From: an uncultured Planctomycetaceae bacterium
GTDB lineage: Bacteria > Planctomycetota > Planctomycetia > Isosphaerales > Isosphaeraceae
Assembly (NCBI GenBank): GCA_963833985.1
Contig: CAWIAD010000002.1
Coordinates: 2,432,001 to 2,496,000, forward strand
Length of the DNA: 64,000 bases
Direction: 5' to 3'
The notes beneath the pieces were generated by a model. It did not search any database and was not told where the DNA came from. It saw only the letters and a list, made by a program, of their open reading frames with translations. The position numbers were made by a program, and so were the translations under genes. The stretch's first letter is position 1, and every line of letters begins with the position of its first letter. This document shows, piece by piece, positions 52,755 to 62,926 of the stretch.

Positions 52755-54418
52755 ATGATCCAACCGGAGGAGCTGAAGACCGACCTGCCCTTCGGGCCCT
52801 GGTCCTGCCGGGGGTGCGATGTCTGGGACATGCTCCGTGCGGCCGCCAGCGGCGATGCGATCGAGCTGCGCAAACTGCTCCAGCGTGATCCCAACCTGTA
52901 TCGCGCGGAGTACTGGTACACGCAGCCGATCCACCTGGCCGTGCGCGAAGGCCATATCGAGGCGGTTCAGATCTTGCTCGACGCCGGCGCGGACCCGGCC
53001 GCAGTGGGTCTTCAGGACGACTTGCTCGTCACGGCGCGCGATCGCGGACACGAGCTGGTGGCACAGCTTCTTGAAGAAGCGCGTGCCCGGCGCAGGAGTG
53101 CGGTCCCAGCCGCGGCCGACCACGCCATTCACCGGGCGGCTGCCGCCGGCGATGTGGTGGAGATTTGCAGCCTCCTGGACAGCGATCCGCGGCTGGTGGC
53201 TGGCCTCGACCGCACGGGCGGCACACCTCTGCACCGGGCGGTGGCCGCCTCGCGGCGCGATGTGGTCCGGGTCTTGCTGGACCGCGGTGCGGACCTGCAC
53301 GCCGTGCATGGCGATGGTCCCGGCCTTGAAACCGGCTACGCGGCCGTGGGCTTTCAGGCGATTGATCTGGCGCTCTGGAACAGCCCTTTCTGGGGTATCC
53401 GTGGAGACATCGAGACCGCGCAACTGCTCGTCGAGCGCGGCGCGGCCTGTGATGTGGTCATTGCATCCGCCCTCGGCGACCGCGCACGGGTGACGGACAT
53501 CCTCAATGAGAACCCACGGCAGATCTCGACCGCCCGACCCTCCGGCAAGCGCGCCCTCTCGTCCGCGGTCGAATTCGGGCATGATGACATCGCGCGCCTC
53601 CTGCTGGACCGCGGCGCCGATCCGAACTGGCCCGAGGGCGCCATGGCGCCGCGCGGAGCCGCTTTGCACGCCGCGGCCCGGAAAGGAAACCGGCCGATCG
53701 TGCAGCTCCTGCTCGAGCATGGAGCCGATCCCAATAGCGGGATTGATTCCTGTGGAAGCGCCACGTATGCGGCATCCTCAAGCGAGTTACGCGCGCTGCT
53801 GTTCGAGCGCGGAGGATCACTCGACGCGTTCGACCTGGTGTGGATGGGCGAGGAGGACGAGGTCGTGCGCCGGGTGAGCGCGGACCCGGCGGCCGCGAAT
53901 ACGGGTTGCGGTGGCGTGTTCACCGCGGCGTGCAAGCTGGGGAAGGCGGGACTGGTGGGCCGTCTGCTGGAAGCCGGGCGCGGGTCCCGCCGATGCTCAC
54001 GGCCTGCCGGTCGTACCTGATGCACGACCCGGAGTGCCTCCGTTTGCTGCTTGCCGGCGGAATGGACGCCAACCTGCCCAACTGGCAACGGATGACGCCC
54101 CTGCACGACCTCTGCGGGCGAGACAGCCGGGGTCGAGCCCATCCCCAGCGCAGCCAGTGCGCGGGCATTTTGATTGAAGCCGGTGCCGACGTCCATGCGC
54201 GTGATGACCATTATCGTTCGACTCCGCTCGCCTGGGCGGCCCGGTGCGATTTGCCAGAAATGGTCGAGCTGCTGCTCTCCAGCGGAGCCCCGGCCATCGA
54301 GGCGGACGCAGAGCCCTGGGCCACGCCCCTGGCATGGGCGTTACGGCGCGGGCATGCCCGGATAGCCGACATCCTGCGCGTGGCGGGGGCAACGGACCCA
54401 ACGATCCGCACCGCCTGA
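52755..54418 (+). CDS. Ankyrin repeat protein; frameshift at ~53978
   Basis: Repeated TPLHRA/PIHLAV/ALHAAA...LLDAGAD/LLEHGADPN units continuing in ORF 53840..54418. Confidence 0.9.
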
Positions 54419-54422
54419 CCGG

Positions 54423-56151
54423 TCATTGCTCCGGGGGTTCGACCAGTTCGTCGTATTTCGGGTACCAGATGAAGCTGTCGAGTACCGATGCGATGGACTG
54501 GTCAGGGATCATCCGGCCCAGGTTCAGCCGCCGGGCCTCGCCAATAACGCTGGCGGCGATACTACGGGCAACGAGGCGCAGCCGGCTCTGGTCGGGATAG
54601 ATCCGGCCGACGGCCAGATCCTCGTCGGTGACACAGGCCGCGAGGGTCTCGGCGGCGGCAAGGAACATCGAGTCGCTCACCTCGTGGGTCTCGGAGAGGA
54701 TTGCCCCCAGGCCGATTCCTGGAAAGATATAAACATTATTGGCCTGTCCGATGTGCCGTACCGCGCCGTCGAACTCGAGTGGTCCGAACGGACTGCCGGT
54801 GGCCACGATGGCGCGGCCGTCGGTCCAGTGCAGCGCCTCGTAAGGGCTGCATTCGGTCCTCGATGTGGGGTTCGAGAGCGGCAGGATCACGGGCCGCTCC
54901 ACGTGCCGCGCCATCTCGCGAATGACATCCTGAGTGAAGACGCCGGGGTTGCCCGTGGTGCCGACCAGCACCGTCGGCTTCACATGCGCCGCAACGTCCA
55001 GCAGGGAGAAGGGGCCGTCGCCCGAGAATCCGTAGCGGCCGGCGTCGTCCCGGGACCAGGCGAACTCACTCTTGTAGGGGTCGCGGTCGTCGCGGCGGTT
55101 GAAGACCAGGCCCTGCGAATCGACCATCGCCTGGGCGCGCCGCGTGGCCGTCGCGTCGGCGCCGTCCTTCTCGATGCCCGTTTTCACAAGGCGGGCGATG
55201 CCCACCCCGGCCGCCCCGGCCCCGAGGTAGACGATGCGCTGTTCGGACAGCCGTCCCCCGGTGATCCGCAACGCCGAGAGGATGCCCGCCAGTGTGACGG
55301 CCGCGGTTCCCTGGATGTCGTCGTTGAAGCAGGGGATGCGCTTGCGATAACGGTCCAGCAGCAAGAGGGCCGTGTTCTTGTGGAAGTCTTCCCATTGCAG
55401 CAACGCATGCGGGAAGACCCTGCGCACGCCGTCGACGAACGCCTCGATGAACTGCTCGTACTGCTCGCCGCGGAGCCGGCGGTGGCGATAGCCGCGGTAG
55501 AACGGGTCGGCCAGAAGCTCGACATTGTCGGTGCCGACGTCGAGCGAGATGGGCAGGCAAAGCGCCGGGTGGATGCCGGCCGCCGCCGTGTAGAGGGCCA
55601 GCTTGCCGACCGGAATTCCCATGCCTCCCGCGCCCTGGTCGCCCAGGCCGAGGATCCGCTCGTTGTCGGTGACCACGATCAATCGCACGTCGACGTTCGG
55701 TGCGTTGCGCAGCACGGCGGGGATGTCGGCCACGTCCTCGGGGGTGATCCAGAGCCCGCGTGGGTTACGGACGATGTGGCTGTAAAGCTGGCAGGCTTTA
55801 CCAACCGTGGGCGTGTAGATGATGGGCAGAAGCTCGCTGAAGTTCTCGATCAAGACGCGGTAAAAGAGCGTCTCGTTACGGTCTTGAAGTGCCGCCAGGC
55901 CGATGAATTTCTCCAGGTTGTCGGCCTTCGCGCGCACTGCGCTCGAGCTCAAGGCTCACCTGCTGCTCGATGGTCAGCCGGGCATGCGGCAGGAGCCCGC
56001 GCAGGCCCAGGCGGTCGCGCTCGGCACGGGAGAACGACGCCTCCTTGTTCAGCAGCGGGTCGCGCAGCAGTCGAGTTCCCCGCGGTTCGTGCTCACGCGG
56101 TTCAGGAGTCGAAGCGCGCGCATCCGGGTTCGAGTACCGTCGGGGCGACAT
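54423..56151 (-). CDS. maeA: NAD-dependent malic enzyme; frameshift at ~55940
   Basis: LRDPLLNK...[47 protein letters not shown] and LSNPT. Confidence 0.93.
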
Positions 56152-56362
56152 GCGTATTCTCCCAGAGATCGGCGGACCGTCGTACTGGCGGGCTGCGACG
56201 CGGCAGCCAGCGGTGCCGACACCGCAAGTCCTCAGGGGACAGCGATGTCTGCTCGGCAGGAATGATTATGACGTCTCCTCGTCTGCAAATCGCGGGTGAG
56301 CCGGCCCGATCACTGCGGCGCGCCGCCACGGCGTCGTGCTGCGGCAACCTCGAGTCCGGGGC

Positions 56363-57112
56363 TCATGACGCCTTCTGCGGTGCGGGCTGGGCGGTGCCCT
56401 GTTCCAGTTCGCTGAGCCGCTCTTCGAGCCGGTCCAGGGAAGTGCGTTCATCCGATGCGCTTCGCGCTGGCTCGGAGCCCGGGGTCTGAGCTGGCTTGCG
56501 AAGTTTCGGAGTGTGCTCCTCCAGCCGCTCCAGCCGCTCCTCGATTTCCGAAATTCGGGTCCCCAGCTCGGCCCGCGAAGATGTCATCGATGAAGCCTCC
56601 GGAGGCCGGCCGGCAGGGAAGGGAAGGGGCGGCGGAATCAGGGCGCGCATCCAGTCCATGGGCGCGAGAAACGGGGAAAGGTGGGCCGGTTGCTGCATCT
56701 GCTCCAGGATCGCCAGGGACTGGCGGAGATAGCTCCGCAAGAAATCCAGGACCAGGTCGTTGGCCTGAAGGATGCCGTGCAGCATCGCCACGGGGAACAT
56801 TTCCATCTTCTCGGGATGCCGCTCGAGCAAGATCTGCGTGAGGATCGATCGGGTCAGGTCTTCGCCGGTCCTGCTGTCGCGCACCTCGATCTTCTTGCCC
56901 GAGAGGACCAGGTCTTCGAGGTCCTGAAGCGTGATGTAACGCCGGGCCTGGCGGTCGTAGAGGCGGCGGTTGGGGTAACGCTTGATGGAGACGACTTCAG
57001 CAGCAGCGGTAGTAGCCACGGCGCGGCCCCTTGGCAAGAATTTCCGGGCCGTGCCGTGCGCCGGCAGCCCTCGTCTGCTTGAGTCGGCTGCGATCCGGCG
57101 CGTCGTGGTCAC
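56363..57112 (-). CDS. phaR: PHA synthesis repressor/regulator PhaR-like
   Basis: IKRYPNRRLYD...YITLQDL...VRDSRTGEDLTRSILTQILLE (PHB accumulation N-terminal DNA-binding domain). Confidence 0.9.
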   Translation of the reverse strand: MTTTRRIAADSSRRGLPAHGTARKFLPRGRAVATTAAAEVVSIKRYPNRRLYDRQARRYITLQDLEDLVLSGKKIEVRDSRTGEDLTRSILTQILLERHPEKMEMFPVAMLHGILQANDLVLDFLRSYLRQSLAILEQMQQPAHLSPFLAPMDWMRALIPPPLPFPAGRPPEASSMTSSRAELGTRISEIEERLERLEEHTPKLRKPAQTPGSEPARSASDERTSLDRLEERLSELEQGTAQPAPQKAS

Positions 57113-57150
57113 GCTCCCGGCAAGGTCCTCTGGTCATTCTACGAGAGCCC

Positions 57151-57283
57151 ATGATGCAACTGCAATACAGGGTGCCCCGCCGTCCCCTTGAGGACTGCCA
57201 AACTTGTGTCGAATAGCCGAGCGCCGTCAATATTGCGGTCGCAGCATCAGACTCTTGACAGGGGCTTCGGACGCGGCGACGAT
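57151..57283. promoter_or_regulatory. Two inverted 17-bp operator boxes and a sigma70-like promoter between phaR and the phasin-like gene
   Basis: 57151-57167 reverse complement TATTGCAGTTGCATCAT versus 57231-57247 TATTGCGGTCGCAGCAT (14/17 identical); TTGACA-N17-GACGAT at 57255-57283. Confidence 0.65.
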
Positions 57284-57414
57284 GAGGTCTCTAGATCCCT
57301 TCTCGCGCCGGGCTTCTCCGGCTCGGAGCGTTGCAGTGGCCTGACGGAGCTGTGGTATCGGAGCTTGCTCTTCTGGAGGGTGTTGAGGCCGCAGAATCCG
57401 GCGGAGGTTGAACC

Positions 57415-57840
57415 ATGTTCGAGCCGATCTTCGATGAGTATCGCAAGGTGGTGGATACGTCGTTCCGGATGCAGCAGGACCTGTACCGTCAATGGATGAA
57501 CGGCTGGCCGGTCAAGCCTCCGGACATTCCGCACTCGAGTGAACTGGGGGCGACGAAGGAGAAGATCCGAAGCTACCAGAAGAAATGGAGCCAGACCCTC
57601 GCCGAGACGATGGAGAAGCATCGCGAGGTGCTCAACCAGCAGTACAAGAGCGGGATCGACACGATCGCCTCGGCCTTCAAGATGACCGAGGCTCGTACCC
57701 CCGAGGAATACTGGCGGATGACGCAGGAGTTCTGGCGGAAAAGCATCGATTCGTACAAGACCGTTTTCGAGGCGCAGAGCAAGTACGTCGACGGCCTGGC
57801 CCAGATGTGGCTGGAAATGGTCACTCGCGGTAAGGTCTAG
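57415..57840 (+). CDS. Phasin-like (or small PhaC-partner) amphipathic helical protein
   Basis: 141 aa, GGAGG RBS, Trp/Gln-rich amphipathic helices, ARTPEEYW turn, located between phaR and phaC. Confidence 0.65.
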   Translation: MFEPIFDEYRKVVDTSFRMQQDLYRQWMNGWPVKPPDIPHSSELGATKEKIRSYQKKWSQTLAETMEKHREVLNQQYKSGIDTIASAFKMTEARTPEEYWRMTQEFWRKSIDSYKTVFEAQSKYVDGLAQMWLEMVTRGKV

Positions 57841-57935
57841 GGAGACGCGGACATGGGGCAGCCGCAGAGGGCCGGTCAGCCCGGCCGGGCTGCCCGCGGG
57901 CGCGGCAAGCGGCCGGGTTCGAGGAGCCTGGGACC

Positions 57936-59138
57936 ATGACACCGGTGTTGATGGATCTGGTCCTCGAGCAGCAAAAAAGAGTCTGGACCGAAGCGTGCCG
58001 GCTGGTGCGGTGCGCCTCTCAGGCACCATGGCTCGCCCGCCCCGTAGACTGGCGCCGGGGGCTGGCCACTCCGTACCGCGTGGTGTATGCCATTGGCCCT
58101 GTCCGGCTGCTCCACTTTGAACGCCAGGGCCCTCCGGTCTGGGCCGAGCCAATCCTCATCTGCCCAGCCCCAATCTACGGCCCGGAAATCCTGGATCTGG
58201 CCCCCCGGCGCAGCGTGGTCCGGCACTTGCTCGCCGCCGGGCTGGACGCCTATCTGCTGGACTGGGGCGACGCCCTTCCACTGGATCGCGGCACGGGGCT
58301 GGCAGACCTCGTGAACACGAACCTGAAGAACACCGTCCAGCTCATCCGGCAACGCTCGCGGATGCCCCACTTCCACCTCATGGGCTACTGCCTTGGGGGC
58401 ACGCTGGTCACGATCTTCACCGCGCTTTACCCCGCCGTGGTCAAGGACCTGATCCTCCTGGCGGCGCCGATCGACGCCAGCCGCGATGAGGGCCTGCTGA
58501 AAGCCTGGGCGGTCCAGGGCGGGTACGGAGCGGATGAGCTTCTGAACACCTTCGGCAACCTGAGCCCGTCCGGCTTCCTCCCCCTGCTGCTGGCCCTGCT
58601 CGATCCCGCACAGAAAACTTATGGCGTGCCGGCCGGGCTGGCCGCCGGACTGCGCGACCCGGAGTACCTCGAGAGCCTGATCGCACTGACGCGCTGGGCC
58701 GCCGCTCGCGTCCACGTGCCCCGCGGGGTCTACCGCGACGTTGTCGACTGGATTTACCAGCGGAACATGCTGGCGGAGGGCCGGCTCATGCTCGACGATA
58801 GCCCGGTGCGCCTGAAGCGGGTCGCCTGCTCGTTGCTGCTGCTGACCGCGACGGCCGACCGGCTCGTGCCACCCGGCTCGACGCTCGGTCTCCTGCCGCT
58901 GGCCGGCTCGCGCGATGTCGTCTCGATGGAGCTTGAGGGAGGGCATGAAACACTGGCTTTCGGCCGGAAAGCCCACGAGACGTTCTGGCCGGCGGCCGCG
59001 CAGTGGATCGCCGACCACTCGACACCCAGAACCGGTCCCTGGATTCGACCGGGTGAAAGTGCCTCTGGCCGGCCTCAGTTCGACTTCAACGAGCAGGCTG
59101 ATCCGGCAAGCACGCGTTTTCCGCAACCGACCGGCTGA
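57936..59138 (+). CDS. phaC: Class III/IV-like PHA synthase (alpha/beta hydrolase fold)
   Basis: TPYRVVY, ILDLAPRRSVVRHLL..G.D.YLLDWG, GYCLGG (catalytic Cys), ADRLVPP (Asp) and GGH (His). Confidence 0.75.
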   Translation: MTPVLMDLVLEQQKRVWTEACRLVRCASQAPWLARPVDWRRGLATPYRVVYAIGPVRLLHFERQGPPVWAEPILICPAPIYGPEILDLAPRRSVVRHLLAAGLDAYLLDWGDALPLDRGTGLADLVNTNLKNTVQLIRQRSRMPHFHLMGYCLGGTLVTIFTALYPAVVKDLILLAAPIDASRDEGLLKAWAVQGGYGADELLNTFGNLSPSGFLPLLLALLDPAQKTYGVPAGLAAGLRDPEYLESLIALTRWAAARVHVPRGVYRDVVDWIYQRNMLAEGRLMLDDSPVRLKRVACSLLLLTATADRLVPPGSTLGLLPLAGSRDVVSMELEGGHETLAFGRKAHETFWPAAAQWIADHSTPRTGPWIRPGESASGRPQFDFNEQADPASTRFPQPTG

Positions 59139-59201
59139 GCACCAGGGCTGCGGCAGGCCAGAGCGGCGCGTGGCAAGTCCACCGAGGCAAGAGAGGACAC
59201 C

Positions 59202-60017
59202 ATGAACATTCAGGGTAGATGCGCCATTGTGACAGGTGCGGCCAGCGGCATCGGGCAGGCGGTCGCTCTCGAGCTTGCCGAACGAGGGGCCAAGGCCGTC
59301 GCGCTTGTGGATCGGTCCGAGGATGTGCTCCGGGTCGCGCGGATGGTCAACGACCGCATGGAGACACCCCTGGCCGAGGCGATGATCGGCGATGTGACGG
59401 ACGAGGATTTCCGCCGCAGGACGTTTGACCTGATGTGTGCAAAGTACGGGCCGCCCGGTACTTGCGTGCCCGCGGCCGGCATCACCCGCGATCAGCTTGC
59501 CGTGAAGGTGGACAAGACGACGGGCAAGGCCGTGATCTATCCCCTGGCGAACTTCAAGCTCGTGCTCGATGTCAACCTGGTGGCTCCGGTGTACTGGGGG
59601 ATGGAGATGATCGCCCGGATTGCCGAATATCGCAAGACGCACGGCCTGGGCCGCTGGGACCCTTCCGAGGGCATCCAGGGAACGGTGATCTTCATTGGCT
59701 CGATCTCGTCATCGGGTATTCCGGGGCAGATCTCTTACTCCTCGACGAAGGCTGCCCTGGAGGGCGCCGCGGCCACCCTTGGGAAGGAAGCCATTTACCA
59801 CGGAGTGCGCTGTGCCGTGATTCACCCGGGCTTCACCGACACACCCATGGTGCGGGCGCTGGGCCGCGAGTACATCGAGAAGAACATCCTGCCGTACACG
59901 CAGCTCAAGCGGCTTATCGATCCCGCCGAGATTGCCGATGCGATTTACTTCATGATCTGCAACTCGGCGGTCAGCGGCGAGCTCTGGGCCGATGCAGGCT
60001 GGCATCCGCCGGCCTGA
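59202..60017 (+). CDS. SDR oxidoreductase (hydroxyacyl-CoA dehydrogenase/ketoacyl reductase-like)
   Basis: TGAASGIG, AGITRD, GQISYSSTK (YxxxK) and IHPGFTDTPM. Confidence 0.9.
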   Translation: MNIQGRCAIVTGAASGIGQAVALELAERGAKAVALVDRSEDVLRVARMVNDRMETPLAEAMIGDVTDEDFRRRTFDLMCAKYGPPGTCVPAAGITRDQLAVKVDKTTGKAVIYPLANFKLVLDVNLVAPVYWGMEMIARIAEYRKTHGLGRWDPSEGIQGTVIFIGSISSSGIPGQISYSSTKAALEGAAATLGKEAIYHGVRCAVIHPGFTDTPMVRALGREYIEKNILPYTQLKRLIDPAEIADAIYFMICNSAVSGELWADAGWHPPA

Positions 60018-60061
60018 CTTGGCGCCGGCCCGCCACACTCCGGCCGGCCGACGACCCGAGC

Positions 60062-61486
60062 TCATCGGCCGCTCCCCGGCTGCTGTCCAACCGCCGGCTC
60101 GCCGGGGAACCTGCCGATCAGCCGATACATCGTGATCAGTGCCTGATCCAGCATGGCCTCCCCCGCGCCCAGGGCAACCGGCGACATCGGCGCATCGGCG
60201 CCGTAGCCGCCTTCCGCGGCCGCCTCGATCGTCGGAAAGTAAAGCTGGTGGCCGTTGCAGTAGCCGAAAACGAGCACCCAGGGAAGCTCCGCGCGCTGGC
60301 GAAGCCGCACAGCATGACGGCAGAATGGCTCACCGGAGAGCCCCACGATGGCCAGCTCGCCATTGAGCACCACCGTCGTCGCCTCGGTCTTGATCGCGTC
60401 CTGGAACTCCTCCAGGTAATTCTGGATCAGCTCGGGGAAGAACGCCTGGGCATAGAGCAGGGCCGTGATGGCTCCTCGGAAATTCACCCGCGAGGGAAAT
60501 GAGAACTGGTCGATCTTGCCAGCCAAGGAGGGTCTGTGCGGTGCGGCAGTGGTCAGACCGCGCACCAGCCTGAGCACCTGGGCGGCCAGCAGTTCTCCGT
60601 AGATTCTGGGATCACGCTGCTCGGCGGGCGGATTGGGACTCAGATCGCCCGCGGCCCCCTGGATGAACACGCACGGGACGCCCAGCTCTCGTTCGACCCG
60701 GGCACACAGAACGCCGGGGTAATCGGCGGAGAACTTCATCAGCTCCGCTGGCGTCAGGATCGGGTGTGCCGCGTAGTGCACCAGGACGGCCAGCGGCTGA
60801 CCTTCCAGGCTGTCGAACCGCATCACCGTCAGCCGGGGATCGGTGGGACGCTCGGCGCGCCGGGTCTGGCGGTTGCGGTTGAGGTTCAGGTCGCACCCCT
60901 GGATGCCCATCCGGGCCGGACGTCGTGCGGCGTCGGCCTCGACGATCGCCGCCAGGATCGATTCCGGCAATTCCCTGGCATACGCCACGGCGTCGTCGAA
61001 TTTCCCCTTGCCGAATCCTGGCCGATCCGTCAGCTCGATCACCGGCCCGTGGTGCGTATGGCTGCCGCAGACGAGCACATGAGCGATGCCGAGAGCCGCC
61101 GTCCGCTGACGGATTTGCCGCATCATGGCGGGCGTTGGTCCGCGGCCCAGGTCCATCCCGACGATGGCCAGCTTGACGTCGCCAGCTTCAATCACCAGGG
61201 CCCGAGCCCTGAGAGGGTCGAGCACTCCCTCAGAGAGCCGGTCATGACGAGCGCCATAGCCCCAGAGCGGGACGGGTCGGGTCGGGGTGACGTCACGCTG
61301 CGCCACGCCCACCTTGAAGCTGGCTGCGGGGCTGGAGGAGGAATTCGCCCTGGCCGGCGCCGGGGGGTCGGCGGCGTGGAGATCTGTCCCCGTGAGCGAG
61401 CCTGCCGCCACGAAACTCAGTACGAGCTGTGCCGCGCGCGTGACGGCGAAAGCTTGGATGACACCGATCAACCTTCGATTGAACAT
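60062..61486 (-). CDS. Exported neutral/alkaline ceramidase-like hydrolase
   Basis: Signal peptide, DPLRARALV, SHTHHGP, YAAHP, SADYPG, QGAAGD and GEPF. Confidence 0.82.
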   Translation of the reverse strand: MFNRRLIGVIQAFAVTRAAQLVLSFVAAGSLTGTDLHAADPPAPARANSSSSPAASFKVGVAQRDVTPTRPVPLWGYGARHDRLSEGVLDPLRARALVIEAGDVKLAIVGMDLGRGPTPAMMRQIRQRTAALGIAHVLVCGSHTHHGPVIELTDRPGFGKGKFDDAVAYARELPESILAAIVEADAARRPARMGIQGCDLNLNRNRQTRRAERPTDPRLTVMRFDSLEGQPLAVLVHYAAHPILTPAELMKFSADYPGVLCARVERELGVPCVFIQGAAGDLSPNPPAEQRDPRIYGELLAAQVLRLVRGLTTAAPHRPSLAGKIDQFSFPSRVNFRGAITALLYAQAFFPELIQNYLEEFQDAIKTEATTVVLNGELAIVGLSGEPFCRHAVRLRQRAELPWVLVFGYCNGHQLYFPTIEAAAEGGYGADAPMSPVALGAGEAMLDQALITMYRLIGRFPGEPAVGQQPGSGR

Positions 61487-61848
61487 GATGAGCCGTGGGC
61501 TGCCGGGACCCTTGCGTCGCTGCCCCGCTCGTGTAAAATAGTGCAGCCGCACCGCGGTATGCACATCCTGACCACCGTGTTCTCGGTAACGAAGGCTGCG
61601 GGCCTGAGGCATGGATTGATCCCAGTCTTTTCATTTCAGAGAGATTGAAACGATCGGTCCGGACACTGCTCCTGGACGGGGAGTCATGACGTTTCGCTCC
61701 ACCAGAGGGATGCCGGCGATTCGATGACAACCAGGGCAGGAACTCTTCACCAGCTCATGATTCGCCGGTACGCATGCTCTTCGCAATATTCGATCCCAGA
61801 CTCCGGTTCCGGACGGAGCGAGTCACTCTCAGGCGGAGGCCAGGGTCC

Positions 61849-62148
61849 ATGGCGGATAAGGTGTCCGAGTCCTCTCCGGTCCGGATCATCGGCAGTCGCG
61901 AGCTGCATCAGAACTTACCAGGAATTCTGCGCGACCTGGAGAACGATAAGGCACGCTACGTGCTGACCGTCCACGGCAAGCCGCGCGCCGTCCTGATTGG
62001 CGCAGAGCCCTACCTGAACATGATCCTCGAGGGCCCCAGGCCCAGCGAGGCCCTGGTCGGTCTTCAGCTCACGGCTCTTCTCGGGGGGAACATGGACACT
62101 CATTCCCTCGACGCGTTGGAGCGTGCCCTGGACCCCAATACCGACTGA
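61849..62148 (+). CDS. Phd/YefM family antitoxin-like protein
   Basis: GGAGG RBS; IIGSRELHQNLPGILRDL...YVLTVHGKPRAVLI. Confidence 0.75.
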   Translation: MADKVSESSPVRIIGSRELHQNLPGILRDLENDKARYVLTVHGKPRAVLIGAEPYLNMILEGPRPSEALVGLQLTALLGGNMDTHSLDALERALDPNTD

Positions 62149-62181
62149 ACCCGAGCGAGAGCCGCCAGTCACTTGTCGTCG

Positions 62182-62898
62182 TCAGCCGCTCGCCGCCTCG
62201 TCAACCACCTCGGCCGGCGTGGCGGCCGGCCGGCTGTTGCGGGCGGCCAGGCGGGTGCGCACGAAATGCAAAATCGGCGGCAAGACCGAGATCGCGATGA
62301 TGACCAGGATCACCAGGTGGAAGTTCTTCTGCACCGTCTCCAGCCCGCCGAACTTCCACCCGCCCAGCAGGAATAACAGGACCCAGGCCACCCCCCCCGT
62401 GATGTTGTAGACGGCGAAGCGGGCGTACGTCATCTTGCCGATCCCGGCCACGAAGGGGGCGAACGTGCGGATGATGGGCATGAACCGGGCCAGGATGATG
62501 GTGACGCCCCCGTACCGCTCGTAGAACTCGTGTGCCTCCAGCAGGTGTTTGCGGTTCAGCAGCCAGGAATCCTCGCGGGCAAAGACCCTGGGCCCGACGT
62601 GATAGCCGATCGCGTAGTTGACCGCGTCTCCGGCCACGGCCGCGATCACCAGCAGCAGGCAAGTCAGTCCCAGGTTGATCGACGATCCTGGCGCCGCGGC
62701 CACGGCACCCACCGCGAAGAGCAGCGAGTCGCCCGGCAAGAAGGGCGTGGCGACCAGCCCGGTCTCGGCAAAGATGATCGCGAAGAGGATGGCGTAGAGC
62801 CCCGGCCCAACCTGGTTCGCCAGCGCGCCGACGGTCGTCGGATTCAGGTGCACGAGCGTGTCGAAAAGCTGCCTCATCAATTCCATCGTCGGCTCCAT
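62182..62898 (-). CDS. dedA: DedA family membrane protein
   Basis: IIFAETGL..PFLPGDSLLF, GDAVNYAIG and ARFMPIIRTFAPFVAG. Confidence 0.95.
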   Translation of the reverse strand: MEPTMELMRQLFDTLVHLNPTTVGALANQVGPGLYAILFAIIFAETGLVATPFLPGDSLLFAVGAVAAAPGSSINLGLTCLLLVIAAVAGDAVNYAIGYHVGPRVFAREDSWLLNRKHLLEAHEFYERYGGVTIILARFMPIIRTFAPFVAGIGKMTYARFAVYNITGGVAWVLLFLLGGWKFGGLETVQKNFHLVILVIIAISVLPPILHFVRTRLAARNSRPAATPAEVVDEAASG

Positions 62899-62926
62899 GA
62901 GCGCCCGGCGCGTGATCGTGGCGCTT

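Noticed and set aside
6150..55945. Pseudogenisation or programmed frameshifting as the cause of the split genes
   Set aside because: Catalytic motifs are intact, there are no in-frame nonsense codons, shift directions are mixed and there are no slippery heptamers; sequencing error is more parsimonious
56194..56205. Third PhaR-like box upstream of the malic enzyme (TGCGACGCGGCA)
   Set aside because: Only a loose GC-rich match that lacks the TAT/CAT flanks of the two strong boxes; likely chance
57353..57368. TGGTAT...TTGC sigma54-like site before the phasin-like gene
   Set aside because: GG-to-GC spacing is 11 nt rather than the required 10
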